Source: an uncultured Candidatus Saccharibacteria bacterium
GTDB taxonomy: Bacteria > Patescibacteriota > Minisyncoccia > Phycocordibacterales > EsbW-18
Direction of reading: 5' to 3'
Assembly (NCBI GenBank): GCA_964478705.1
Contig: CAYZIR010000004.1
Coordinates: forward strand, 2,905 to 66,904
DNA length: 64,000 nucleotides
Shown here in pieces: positions 18,974-28,957 of the stretch (positions are counted from its first letter, which is position 1; each line of letters starts with the position of its first letter). Under the pieces are notes generated by a model. It was not told the origin of the DNA, ran no database searches, and saw nothing but the letters and a program-made list of their open reading frames with translations. The translations under genes and the position numbers were made by a program.

Positions 18974-20004
18974 GAATATGTTTTTTTGGGATCTACGATC
19001 CGTTGTACAGCAGAAATCGCATACTGAGACGCGCATTCGAACTGGCTGGTCATGAAGTCATTGACTGTCGGACTGAGAAACAGGGAATAGGGAAATATAG
19101 TGATCTCATCCGAAAACATGCTCGCCTTCGAGGCGCATACGATTGTATGTTTGTGGCGTTTCCTGGCCAGCAGGCTGTCATTCTTGCACGGTTGATAACA
19201 TCAAAAAAAATAATCTTCGATCCGTTCGTTTCTTTGCACATGACACTGGTCGATGATCGTCGTAAATATGCGCGTTTCAGTATCCGAGCGTTGTACTACT
19301 TTCTGCTCGACTATCTCTCATGCCGTTGCGCTAATGTTTATATTTTTGATACGTTTGCACAGAGGGATTATTTTATAGAACGGTTTGGGTGTGACGCAAA
19401 GAAGAGTCATCGAATACTCGTGGGTTCGGATCCGGCGCTTTTTTATCCAGACACATCAACACAGCACAGAGCGCCATTCACAGTTCATTTCCATGGAACA
19501 CATATACCCCTGCAGGGTGTCCCCACGGTGCTTGAAGCAGGAAAGACGTTGGCTGAGAAAGGTATTCGTGTATCAATTGTTGGTTCAAGCATCAAATCGG
19601 TCTACGAACAACAGTATCCGATGATTATTTTTCATGCCGATGTCCCGTATGAACATCTTCGGGAGCATATTGTTGCATCCGATGTGGTCATTGGCATTGT
19701 TGGTACGACAAAAAAAGCTAGTTTAGTTATTCCAAATAAGGTGTATGAAGCTTGGGCCTGTGGCCGGCCGGTGGTGACCGCGCGTACACCCGCATTGCAA
19801 GAGCTAGCGGTCGATACCGTGCACGCACTATTCTGCGAAGCCGGTAACCCTGATGATCTGGCGCGTGCGGTGCTCGCAGTGCGCGATGATACAGCTCTTC
19901 GCGAACGTATGGGGCAGAAAGGATACGAGTTGTTTACAGCATATGCCACGCCTGAGAAAATTGCCCTTGAGCTCGAGAGTGTGATTGCTCGTGTGGTATT
20001 GTAG
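18970..20004 (+). CDS. Glycosyltransferase family 4
   Basis: FHG..IPLQG, IPNKVYEA.ACGRPV. Confidence 0.88.
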   Translation: MRICFFGIYDPLYSRNRILRRAFELAGHEVIDCRTEKQGIGKYSDLIRKHARLRGAYDCMFVAFPGQQAVILARLITSKKIIFDPFVSLHMTLVDDRRKYARFSIRALYYFLLDYLSCRCANVYIFDTFAQRDYFIERFGCDAKKSHRILVGSDPALFYPDTSTQHRAPFTVHFHGTHIPLQGVPTVLEAGKTLAEKGIRVSIVGSSIKSVYEQQYPMIIFHADVPYEHLREHIVASDVVIGIVGTTKKASLVIPNKVYEAWACGRPVVTARTPALQELAVDTVHALFCEAGNPDDLARAVLAVRDDTALRERMGQKGYELFTAYATPEKIALELESVIARVVL

Positions 20005-20009
20005 GACGT

Positions 20010-20747
20010 ATGAAAGCAACAGGGGAGCAGGTGGTTCTTGGAGCATCATCACCACGCACACAGGCTGAGCATGAAGCACGATACTCTTTTGCATCAACGT
20101 TTGTTGAAGGGAAGCGCGTGCTTGATATCGCATGTGGAACCGGCTACGCAGCACCTCAATTTCTCGGAGCTGGAGCACGATCGTATACCGGTGTTGATAT
20201 TTCTCACGAAGCAATTAATTTTGCGGTGAAAACGTATGGAAGCGATGCGCGAGCGCGTTTTATACAAGCGTCTGCTGACGATCGCCTTTTCCCTGACGGG
20301 TCATTCGATCTCATCTGCTCGTTTGAGACCATTGAGCATCTCGATACTTCGATACGCCATGCATATCTCGAGAATCTACGACGATGGCTTGTTCCTGATG
20401 GTGCACTGATTCTTTCAACGCCAAATAAAAAAGTCACCTCTCCATTCACCGAAAAACCCCTCAATCCATTTCATGTTCTTGAATACCGTTTTGATGCCCT
20501 CGTTAGAGAGCTCGCACCCTTTTTCTCTGTTGAAGCATCATACGGGCAACGTCTTGTGCCAAAACTTATGACTCTATGGCTTCTTCGTCGCGCTGTCCGA
20601 TTGTGCGAAATTGTTTTTCGTCGCCATTTTTCTTTGTATGATACGCCGACCGGTCCCGAGGTTGTCTCATACAACCCGAGTCGCCATGAACCGCGATTCT
20701 TTGTGCTTGTCTGTCGACCAAAGAAAGATGCTACCGCTGTGGTATAG
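20010..20747 (+). CDS. Class I SAM-dependent methyltransferase
   Basis: VLDIACGTGY, FDLICSFETIEH, LSTPN. Confidence 0.9.
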   Translation: MKATGEQVVLGASSPRTQAEHEARYSFASTFVEGKRVLDIACGTGYAAPQFLGAGARSYTGVDISHEAINFAVKTYGSDARARFIQASADDRLFPDGSFDLICSFETIEHLDTSIRHAYLENLRRWLVPDGALILSTPNKKVTSPFTEKPLNPFHVLEYRFDALVRELAPFFSVEASYGQRLVPKLMTLWLLRRAVRLCEIVFRRHFSLYDTPTGPEVVSYNPSRHEPRFFVLVCRPKKDATAVV

Positions 20748-20757
20748 TCCAGACGTT

Positions 20758-21549
20758 ATGATCGAAATTTCAGGAGATAGACCTCTTTCGAGGGCAAATC
20801 AGTTCCGATATATATGGATATTTCTAAAACGTTTTCCTGGGCTTTTTGCCCGTGTGCCAACGAAGCGTTTTTACCCGACCGCATCACTCACAGGATCATC
20901 ATCGCTCTTTCGACGATATATTGATTTATTTCTTCGTGAATATATTCCTTCGGTACTGACGAAAAAAGAAGTGTCGGTATTTGATATCGGTTGTGGTAGT
21001 GGGTACATACGATCGATTCTTAGCGACCTTGGATACCACGGTGTTTACGTTGGTCTTGATATTGTGCGCGAAGATCGTTTTAATACGCACGACGTGCCAG
21101 TATTCGCGTCATCATTCGTTCAAGAGCCCATCGAGACTTTTGTATCGGACAAGAAGTATGATGTTGTACTTTCAAATACGTCGCTTGAACACGTCACCGA
21201 TGACGCTCGTGCAGTGACACGTGCACATGAGCTTTGCCTTCCTGGTGGCATTGAGATCCACATCGTTCCCTCGTGGTGGTCATTTTTTCTCTATCTCTGG
21301 CATGGGTATCGACACTACACGTACGGAAGAATCAAAAAGATTTTTAACGGTACGTCATATACCGTCTACCCACTTGGCGGGTTCTTCTCTTTTGTTACAC
21401 AGTTTTTTCTGGTAACAATTCCTGAGCGTTACGGCAGGATCAATATTCGTACTAGCCGATGGTATCCAACAATCGCCAGACTTGCTATTCGGTTCGATCG
21501 ATTTATACCGTTTTGTCCCATAGGGTATGCAATTATTGTTCATGACTAA
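20758..21549 (+). CDS. Class I SAM-dependent methyltransferase
   Basis: FDIGCGSG, YDVV.S..SLEHV; start after TGgTATAGT. Confidence 0.85.
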   Translation: MIEISGDRPLSRANQFRYIWIFLKRFPGLFARVPTKRFYPTASLTGSSSLFRRYIDLFLREYIPSVLTKKEVSVFDIGCGSGYIRSILSDLGYHGVYVGLDIVREDRFNTHDVPVFASSFVQEPIETFVSDKKYDVVLSNTSLEHVTDDARAVTRAHELCLPGGIEIHIVPSWWSFFLYLWHGYRHYTYGRIKKIFNGTSYTVYPLGGFFSFVTQFFLVTIPERYGRINIRTSRWYPTIARLAIRFDRFIPFCPIGYAIIVHD

Positions 21550-22690
21550 CACCGCGCCACAAAAGAAAATTCGCCTTGTATTCGCTCTACCATCCTTTCT
21601 CTTTGGTGGCGGTATCGAAAAACAGCTCATTAAAATGCTGGCATTGTTTGATCGGGAGCGTTTTGAACTCTCACTGCTGACGCTATTTGAGTACCCAGGG
21701 AGGCCAAATATGTATGATGATCTGCCCTCGGATGTTGCTGTCATTCGTCTTGCATTTAAAAATCCATTTGATGTTGGCTCATGGCTTCGCTTGTATCAGG
21801 CGCTCAAAAGGATTCGTCCTGATATTGTCGTATCGAGCATGTTCTCAGCAAGTACACCAATCCGCATTGTCAAACCATTCGTCGGTTACCGTGTTATTGT
21901 TCGAGAACACAATACATATACCGACAAGAAACTGTATCATAGAATTTTTGAATATATTCTCTCGTACCTTTCTGATGCGATTATCGCCGTGTCGTCGTCG
22001 GTCGCCGACTTTGCTGCAGAACAAGCATGGATACCACGTAAAAAAATAGCAGTGATCCATAACGGTGTTGATTTTGATGTAATACAGAGATTTTGTACGA
22101 ATGCGCAAGCAGAGATTGAGCGCGTACGTCATGAGTTTAGTATTGCATCGAGTCAAAAAATACTACTCAACGTTGCTCGACTCAAGCCACAAAAGGATCA
22201 CGAACTACTCATCAAATCATTTACTGAATTTCATACCAACAATCCCGACTATGTTCTCATGATTGCTGGAGATGGGAGTGAACGACGCCACCTTGAGCAA
22301 ATGATTGATCAATACGACCTTGCCGGTAGCGTGTTTTTACTTGGGCATCGAAGTGATATTTATGCCTTCTACGCCGCAAGCGAATGCTTTATCCTCACCT
22401 CACGACATGAGGGATTTCCAAATGTTGGCATTGAAGCAATGGCATTCGGTCTTCCATTCATTTCAACTCTTGTTCCTGGTGTTGATGAGTTTCTTGAAGA
22501 CGGAATCAATGGGTTTTTGATATCCTCGGACGTTACGAGTGTGGTTGGTGTAATGAATCGTGTGGTAGCACTTTCGTCAGAAGAGCGAAAACAAATTTCT
22601 CGGTCTGCTACGGAAACAGCAAGGCGATTTGATATTGTGCGCACTGTGAGTCAATATCAGAATCTTATTGAAACCCTATGCCGTTCATAA
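21542..22690 (+). CDS. Glycosyltransferase family 4
   Basis: GGGIEK, IHNGVD, ARLKPQKD, SRHEGFPNV..EAMA. Confidence 0.9.
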   Translation: MTNTAPQKKIRLVFALPSFLFGGGIEKQLIKMLALFDRERFELSLLTLFEYPGRPNMYDDLPSDVAVIRLAFKNPFDVGSWLRLYQALKRIRPDIVVSSMFSASTPIRIVKPFVGYRVIVREHNTYTDKKLYHRIFEYILSYLSDAIIAVSSSVADFAAEQAWIPRKKIAVIHNGVDFDVIQRFCTNAQAEIERVRHEFSIASSQKILLNVARLKPQKDHELLIKSFTEFHTNNPDYVLMIAGDGSERRHLEQMIDQYDLAGSVFLLGHRSDIYAFYAASECFILTSRHEGFPNVGIEAMAFGLPFISTLVPGVDEFLEDGINGFLISSDVTSVVGVMNRVVALSSEERKQISRSATETARRFDIVRTVSQYQNLIETLCRS

Positions 22691-23559
22691 GTATCGTTAT
22701 CACCTCATACAACCGGGCACACACGGTTGTTCGTGCCGTTGAAAGCGCTCTCACACAGACCGATCGTGATATTGAGATTGTCGTTATCGATGACGGATCG
22801 ACCGATAGAACGGATGAGGTCGTTGGTGTAATACAAGATCCTCGTCTTCGATACATCAAACTTGATATAAATAGTGGCTCATCGTTTGCTCGTAACCGAG
22901 GTATTCTTGAGACGCGTGGGGAGTGGGTAATGGTATGGGATAGCGACGACATACTCTATCCTCACGCGGTCGCGACGCTTCGTGCTGTTCTCACGAAACA
23001 TCCCGAATGTGTTGTTGTATCAGCTCCTGCGCGTATGATTACAAATGGCACATCGATCAATTTTCCTCGGCATCAAAGTGGTTTTATATCACTCGAACAA
23101 GTTCTTTCAAAATATATTGGCAATGATGAGAAGATTCGCTTGGCGCGTCGCGATGTGTATCTCAAAGCACCGTATGTTTCGCGCAATATTGACTTTATTG
23201 TGGTTGCACGCTTGCGCGCGCAGGGGCCATGGTTCCACATCGACGAGTTTCTTGGTGATGTTATGCTCGACAATCCCGACTCACTCACGCGGAAACGGAA
23301 AAAGTTTGATCGAAAGAAATCAGCCGACCGAGCGCCACACCTTGATGCGTTCATGAAGGATTTTGGACAATTGCTCAAAACAACAAGTTCACGTCGCTAC
23401 GGAGAGCTGGCCTATGGGGCAGCACTTGCCTGTGCATGTGCGGGTATGAACAAAAAAGCTCGAGGCTATGCTCTCGAAGCGATTAAGGTCACGCCACTGT
23501 TGTGGCGTTCATATGTTGCTTTGCTATTTTCGATTTTTCTCCCACGTCGTCGTAACTGA
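22678..23559 (+). CDS. Glycosyltransferase family 2
   Basis: ISIVITSYNR, IDDGSTD, ARNRG, DSDD. Confidence 0.92.
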   Translation: MPFISIVITSYNRAHTVVRAVESALTQTDRDIEIVVIDDGSTDRTDEVVGVIQDPRLRYIKLDINSGSSFARNRGILETRGEWVMVWDSDDILYPHAVATLRAVLTKHPECVVVSAPARMITNGTSINFPRHQSGFISLEQVLSKYIGNDEKIRLARRDVYLKAPYVSRNIDFIVVARLRAQGPWFHIDEFLGDVMLDNPDSLTRKRKKFDRKKSADRAPHLDAFMKDFGQLLKTTSSRRYGELAYGAALACACAGMNKKARGYALEAIKVTPLLWRSYVALLFSIFLPRRRN

Positions 23560-24117
23560 CCCATTCTTTTTGTTTCCGAGCATACGAATAAGAGTGAGAC
23601 CATATCCGTAGGGAAGCGTGACGATTTCGTGTCGATAGCCGATGAGGGCAAGGCGTACGGCCATCTTGAGACGGTACGTTGGGATATGTTCAGTATCATG
23701 CACTAAAAGGATGCCATTGTGTTTTATGAGAGGGAGTATGGTACGGAGATCTTTATACACAACTCTCCATTCGTGCGAGCCGTCGTGTAAAACCACATCG
23801 AAGCGCTCACTCGCAAGAGTTTTTAGAGTTGCACGAGTGTCACCTTGGAGGTAGACCCACGAGTCTTTGAAATCTGTTGTAAGACTCTCTGGGTTCCCCG
23901 TGTCCTGTAGATTGCGAACGTCACAGGTAATGAGTTTTCCATCGGTGTGTTTCAGTGCTTCAAGAATTGTCTGTGTTGAGAATCCGGCACCAAGCTCCAA
24001 AACATTCTTGGCTTCCATGCCAAGAATAATCGAATAGAGTGTCAGGTAATGACGACTAAAACCGGACTCGGTGCCGTGATGCCGTTCCACTATGCGTGAT
24101 ATGTCCACATTCGTCAT
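23524..24117 (-). CDS. Class I SAM methyltransferase (Methyltransf_24-like)
   Basis: VLELGAGFST, FDVVLHDGSH, GILLVHDT. Confidence 0.85.
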   Translation of the reverse strand: MTNVDISRIVERHHGTESGFSRHYLTLYSIILGMEAKNVLELGAGFSTQTILEALKHTDGKLITCDVRNLQDTGNPESLTTDFKDSWVYLQGDTRATLKTLASERFDVVLHDGSHEWRVVYKDLRTILPLIKHNGILLVHDTEHIPTYRLKMAVRLALIGYRHEIVTLPYGYGLTLIRMLGNKKNGSVTTTWEKNRK

Positions 24118-24159
24118 ATGCACGTTCGAGTGTATCATGAACATGCGTTGCTTTCATAT

Positions 24160-25413
24160 ATGAACAGTATGATTTCTTGGTGTCGTGGCAGATTTTGGTT
24201 CTGTGGCGCTTTTCTGCTTGCGATTATAGTTGCGACGATTGTTATCATGCCACGAGTTGATGACTTGAGACTTAATCAAGATTTTCCGCTCTATAGCTCT
24301 GCAGCACATCGACTCATTGATGGGGATATTCTTATGTCTGAGTTTGGGAGAAACGCTCCAGGATGGCCAGTGTACCTCGGGTTTTTGTATCTCGTATTTG
24401 GCTCAAGTGACCTTGTTCTTGCTGTATCGCAGATAGTTTTGCATGTGTGTTTGGTTGTTGTGACGTACCACCTTGCAAAAGAAATTTCAAACGATGAGCG
24501 TGTACAGTATCTTGCCATGTGCATATCTGCGGTATGGCCTGCGTTTCTTTTTCAACTTCGACATGGGAGTTCAGCATTGTTATATGCAGTTATTTTTTTG
24601 TCAGCAACTTTTTTTCTTGTTCGATCGGTGAGAATGCAGAGTATCTCGAGAGCAATAATTGGTGGACTACTTCTTGGGTTCGGTGCTTTGATTGATGTTG
24701 TTGCTCTATTTTTACCATGTCTCTTTTTTCTATGGGCACTTATTGAGGCATTTCGTTCGCGACGAATACCGAGCGCATGTATGAAGCGCGTCGCTATTGC
24801 GTTTATTGTCTGCGCCACAGCGATTTTCGTCATCGTGCCATGGACATACCGGAATATTCTTCTCTTCAAGGACTTTTCAGTTGCTCCAATCATTGCGAAA
24901 GGTGAGCAAAATTATTTTAAACCTGAAAATATAAAGAAAATAGGTCATGTATTTGTACCGGACGGGGAACCGCTCCTCACAGAAAGTCTTATGAGAACAT
25001 TTGTTTTTCCTGCAGGGATACATGCGCTCGACAGTACCGCACCTTTTTCGTATAAAGAACGATTCCTCGATATTCTCTATGGCGTTAAAAGTTTTACAGA
25101 TTTTTCCTCGCGCGAAATAACTATACTGAGTATAAAAATCTTTATAACAATTATTCACCTCGCTGTGCTTATTGGTGCGCTTATAACGATGGCACGTCGA
25201 TACAGTAACGATATAGCGATACTGACATCCTTGTTAGTCGTGTATATCTTTATTGCTATTACTGCAACGGTTGCACTTTCAAGTTTTGAATCTATAACGC
25301 TTGCAAACGGGTTCCTCATTCCTCTAACACCACTTCTCATCATTTTTGCACTCGAAGGGTACCTGTCACGTATTCGCGCAAACGGAAAATTTTCTCTACG
25401 CGATATCATCTAA
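24160..25413 (+). CDS. GT-C type (ArnT/PMT-like) membrane glycosyltransferase
   Basis: QD...Y, R.PGWPVYL, PWTYRN, many TM helices. Confidence 0.7.
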   Translation: MNSMISWCRGRFWFCGAFLLAIIVATIVIMPRVDDLRLNQDFPLYSSAAHRLIDGDILMSEFGRNAPGWPVYLGFLYLVFGSSDLVLAVSQIVLHVCLVVVTYHLAKEISNDERVQYLAMCISAVWPAFLFQLRHGSSALLYAVIFLSATFFLVRSVRMQSISRAIIGGLLLGFGALIDVVALFLPCLFFLWALIEAFRSRRIPSACMKRVAIAFIVCATAIFVIVPWTYRNILLFKDFSVAPIIAKGEQNYFKPENIKKIGHVFVPDGEPLLTESLMRTFVFPAGIHALDSTAPFSYKERFLDILYGVKSFTDFSSREITILSIKIFITIIHLAVLIGALITMARRYSNDIAILTSLLVVYIFIAITATVALSSFESITLANGFLIPLTPLLIIFALEGYLSRIRANGKFSLRDII

Positions 25414-25561
25414 TAGTGATCTCCTCCCCGCAGGAACTGCGAGGTCTCCTTTGGGTTCATGGAAATCCAAAGCCGAGCGCTTTGGGCGCACTTCCTGCTT
25501 TCCTTTCTATTAGATGTAGCGTTTGATCTACGCTTCGATGATTATGGAGAGGGCTATATGT

Positions 25562-26416
25562 TTATCGTTTTTTCCAAGCGTAGATCATGATGTGCTGAAA
25601 GTTGCTCTTGGATTTTGCACTTGGATTGTAACGGGCATCGAGCTTATAGTCGAAACCAGCGTTCTCAAGCGGTCCGAGCAATTGGGCGAGTCCCGACGCT
25701 GCACCACCGAGGTGATGGTGATATTCGATGCCGATCTCGTTCACGTGTTCGAGTGCACCACTTGTGTACAATTCGTTGATCATATCCGTCTCAGCACCCT
25801 CGGTGTCAATCTTGAGATAGTCGATGTGTTCTGTGATGTATGCAGACAAGCGTTTCATTGGGACACTGATTGTTCTGTTCTTATCTGTTTCTTCAAGCGG
25901 ACGGGTGCTCATCTTCGGCGATCCTGCGATCGAGTTGTCTATATAGAAAGGTACTGAGCCGTCTATCGCACCAAGCGCCACGTTGTGTGTCGTGACGTTG
26001 ATGAGGTCATTCGCCTCGATATTCTTCACGAGTGTCTGATACGTTTCGGGATCTGGTTCGAATGTCGTGATGACCGCATTAGGGTAGAGCCATTTGAAGA
26101 AGAGTGTCGCGGTGCCGATATTCCCCCCGCAGTCGATAATGCGCGGTGTAGTTTTCGTCGATGAGAAGAAGTAGACACCACGAAGGAAGACCTCACGGAA
26201 CAGGACAAGAAGTGTGCTGTGGTTGAAGCTCGTAACTTTCATGTTACAGATCTTGCGCGTCACCGGTCCCGCATGTCCACCACCAAAAAGACTCACTGTG
26301 GCAAGTCGTAGATATGAACCAAAAATATTCCTTTTTTGTGCAGGTAAAAAGCGACTTTTGATAAGTGCTCCGGTCTCGTTGACGAACGTGCGCAGTCGGA
26401 TGAGGAATGTCCGCAT
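25562..26416 (-). CDS. FkbM family methyltransferase
   Basis: IIDCGGNIG, FEPDP, LKIDTEGAE. Confidence 0.92.
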   Translation of the reverse strand: MRTFLIRLRTFVNETGALIKSRFLPAQKRNIFGSYLRLATVSLFGGGHAGPVTRKICNMKVTSFNHSTLLVLFREVFLRGVYFFSSTKTTPRIIDCGGNIGTATLFFKWLYPNAVITTFEPDPETYQTLVKNIEANDLINVTTHNVALGAIDGSVPFYIDNSIAGSPKMSTRPLEETDKNRTISVPMKRLSAYITEHIDYLKIDTEGAETDMINELYTSGALEHVNEIGIEYHHHLGGAASGLAQLLGPLENAGFDYKLDARYNPSAKSKSNFQHIMIYAWKKR

Positions 26417-26466
26417 AAATCCGTGTATTATAGGGAATCAGTATAGCACGTGATATTCTTGTTCCC

Positions 26467-27471
26467 ATGTCGAACTCAGGGGAGACCACACCATTACGCT
26501 TCGTCACATCCGTCTATGGAAAGAAATACGGTGGGATGCTTCTAACGCTTCTCTACTCGATTCATCGCTCTAACCCCGATGCAACGGTGACCATTTTCTG
26601 GCAGGATGTCTCTCCCGCAGTACGCTCTCTCGAACGCGTCTTCCCGCGCTATACATTCATCGATACCGACTATGTTGTGAAAGGTGATATCGTCAAGCGG
26701 ATCTCGCACAAGATGCTCTTGTGGTTCGAAGCCGTATCGCGCTATCCGAACGAACATCTTGTATTTTTAGATGTCGACATGCTCGTTCGCAAAAACATTG
26801 GTTTCGTCTTCGACGGTTCATTCGATATTGCATTCACCCACAAGGTGGGTGAGGTCTATCCGCTCAATACCGGTGCGTTTTTTGCGGTCGCCTCACCGGC
26901 TACGGAAGCATTTTTCAAACGATGGTATGAGCGCACCGAAACTATTGTGAATGATCCTGTACTCAAACGTATTTCGAGTATGCGGGAACATCACTATGGC
27001 GGGCCCGATCAGATGGCACTCTGTGAACTCATTAAATACGTCACTGGGGTTGAATCGTATCGATTCGCTATCAATGATCATGAGTTACGCGCAATCGCAT
27101 TACCGTGCGCACGCTTCAACGAAACGAACTCCTGTCCGCTCCGCGATGAGACGCATATTATCCACTACAAGGGTGGTTGGCACTCCATCTTGCTCGATGG
27201 AACTGACTTTACTTCACGACGACCGAAAATCGCTTCATGGGAACTTTTTATATTTTATCTTTCGACATACAAAGAAGCTGTGGCGTTCGTCGTTGCTACA
27301 CTTGGCACAAAGGCGTCTGAGGACACGCTTGGCATTCGCATACCGTTCTATCTCGATGCTGGGCTTAATGAATCAGTTTTTTCGTATCGAATTTTTAAAC
27401 TCTATCACAAACTCATGAATCCTATCCGAGATCTCTGGGCACGCCTTAGCAGATTCGTTGGCGCATGGTAA
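26467..27471 (+). CDS. GT-A fold nucleotide-sugar transferase
   Basis: VFLDVD (DxD), NTG, DQ.AL, IIHYKG. Confidence 0.75.
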   Translation: MSNSGETTPLRFVTSVYGKKYGGMLLTLLYSIHRSNPDATVTIFWQDVSPAVRSLERVFPRYTFIDTDYVVKGDIVKRISHKMLLWFEAVSRYPNEHLVFLDVDMLVRKNIGFVFDGSFDIAFTHKVGEVYPLNTGAFFAVASPATEAFFKRWYERTETIVNDPVLKRISSMREHHYGGPDQMALCELIKYVTGVESYRFAINDHELRAIALPCARFNETNSCPLRDETHIIHYKGGWHSILLDGTDFTSRRPKIASWELFIFYLSTYKEAVAFVVATLGTKASEDTLGIRIPFYLDAGLNESVFSYRIFKLYHKLMNPIRDLWARLSRFVGAW

Positions 27472-27480
27472 TATCTTTCC

Positions 27481-28158
27481 ATGTTCGCGACATTCAAACG
27501 TCTCAAGCTTTGGTATGACTACAAGAACAATCGCGAGCGAGCTCGGATGATTAATCGCGCGCTCGACTTTTGTAAATATACTCGCGTTGCCGGCGATTAC
27601 TTTGAATTCGGTGTCTATCGTGGTGCCACGTGTGCGTATGCATTCCGTTCGTCGCGGCTTCGTGGGCTCTCCGACATGCGCATTTACGCATTTGATTCAT
27701 TTGAAGGCCTCTCGGAACCAAAAGCACAAGACGATGCCACGCTGGTCAAAAAAGGAGATCGGACCTGCACGCAAGAAGACTTCCGTCGTAATCTCAAGAA
27801 TGCAGGTGTTGATGACAACACACTCATCATCGTTCCGGGATTCTTCGAGGACACGCTCGAAGGTGTAGGCAAGGCTCGAACGAAAGAGATGATCGGCAAG
27901 CGACACGCGGGTATCGTATATATCGACTGTGATCTCTTCGAGCCAACATACGCTGTTCTCAATTTCATAAAAGACTTTATCGTCGACGGTTCAGTTATCA
28001 TCTTCGACAATTGGTTCCTTTTCAGAGGGGATCCTGAGCTTGGTGAACGTAAAGCGTTCGAGGTGTTCGCTCGCGAGAACCCACAACTCTCGTTCACACA
28101 ATTCCACAAATTCGGTTGGCACGGAGAGTCGTTCATTGTCCATGTCAAATCTTCCTAA
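27481..28158 (+). CDS. TylF/MycF-family sugar O-methyltransferase
   Basis: GDYFEFGVYRG, FDSFEGL, GFFEDTL, IDCDL, IIFD.W, GE.KA. Confidence 0.9.
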   Translation: MFATFKRLKLWYDYKNNRERARMINRALDFCKYTRVAGDYFEFGVYRGATCAYAFRSSRLRGLSDMRIYAFDSFEGLSEPKAQDDATLVKKGDRTCTQEDFRRNLKNAGVDDNTLIIVPGFFEDTLEGVGKARTKEMIGKRHAGIVYIDCDLFEPTYAVLNFIKDFIVDGSVIIFDNWFLFRGDPELGERKAFEVFARENPQLSFTQFHKFGWHGESFIVHVKSS

Positions 28159-28957
28159 AACGGCTCAGCAACTTCTTGGTGATATCCCTACGAGTGTCGG
28201 CGAGAAGATACGGACTCTTTCTGTGCATCATGTCGAGCGCGGTATCTTTCCGAGCGAAATGGTCGCTGTAACTGGCATTGCAGAACTTCTCGGCGTTGAG
28301 CGTATTATTGAGAGTGGTCGTTGGCTCGGGTACTCGACGGAAGTGCTCTCACGTTACTTCAGTACGTTACCGGTGCACATTGACTCGATCGAGCTGTGGC
28401 GGACCAATATCGCGATTGAATGCGAGCGACGCCTCGCGACCTGCTCGAATGTGCATCTCTACTATGGTGACACACTCAAAATGCTTCCCGGTATGCTTGA
28501 TGGGGATGTTCGCAAAACGCTCGTGTTGATTGATGGTCCCAAAGGAGCAATCGCTGTTGCGCTGATTGAAAAGATCATCCGACAGTATCCACAAATCGTC
28601 GCGGTCTTCCTGCATGATTCATATAAAGGCTCCGAAGCACGCGCAAGCGTCGAGCGCGCCTTTCCTGATGCAGGATTCACCGATGACCCTAATTTCGTTA
28701 AACGATTCTCTTCGCTCGACGGCGAAGTACCATTCGAACAGCATATCGAAAAGTGCTCAGGAGTGGTCTCAAACGAAGCATCTTCTCAGAGTTACGGTGC
28801 TACGTTTGCCGTCATCGTGCCAGATCCTGCTCGTGTGGATTCAACATCACGTCTAGTATCGATCTATAACCGATTTCTCTTCGTCTACGCACAAGCAGAA
28901 GCGTACGCTAAAGAAGTGGCTTCTCATCTATTGAGACTGTTCCGTCACCATCGGTGA
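28142..28957 (+). CDS. Hypothetical methyltransferase-fold protein
   Basis: IIESGR..GYST, LIDGPKG, LHD. Confidence 0.6.
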   Translation: MSNLPKTAQQLLGDIPTSVGEKIRTLSVHHVERGIFPSEMVAVTGIAELLGVERIIESGRWLGYSTEVLSRYFSTLPVHIDSIELWRTNIAIECERRLATCSNVHLYYGDTLKMLPGMLDGDVRKTLVLIDGPKGAIAVALIEKIIRQYPQIVAVFLHDSYKGSEARASVERAFPDAGFTDDPNFVKRFSSLDGEVPFEQHIEKCSGVVSNEASSQSYGATFAVIVPDPARVDSTSRLVSIYNRFLFVYAQAEAYAKEVASHLLRLFRHHR

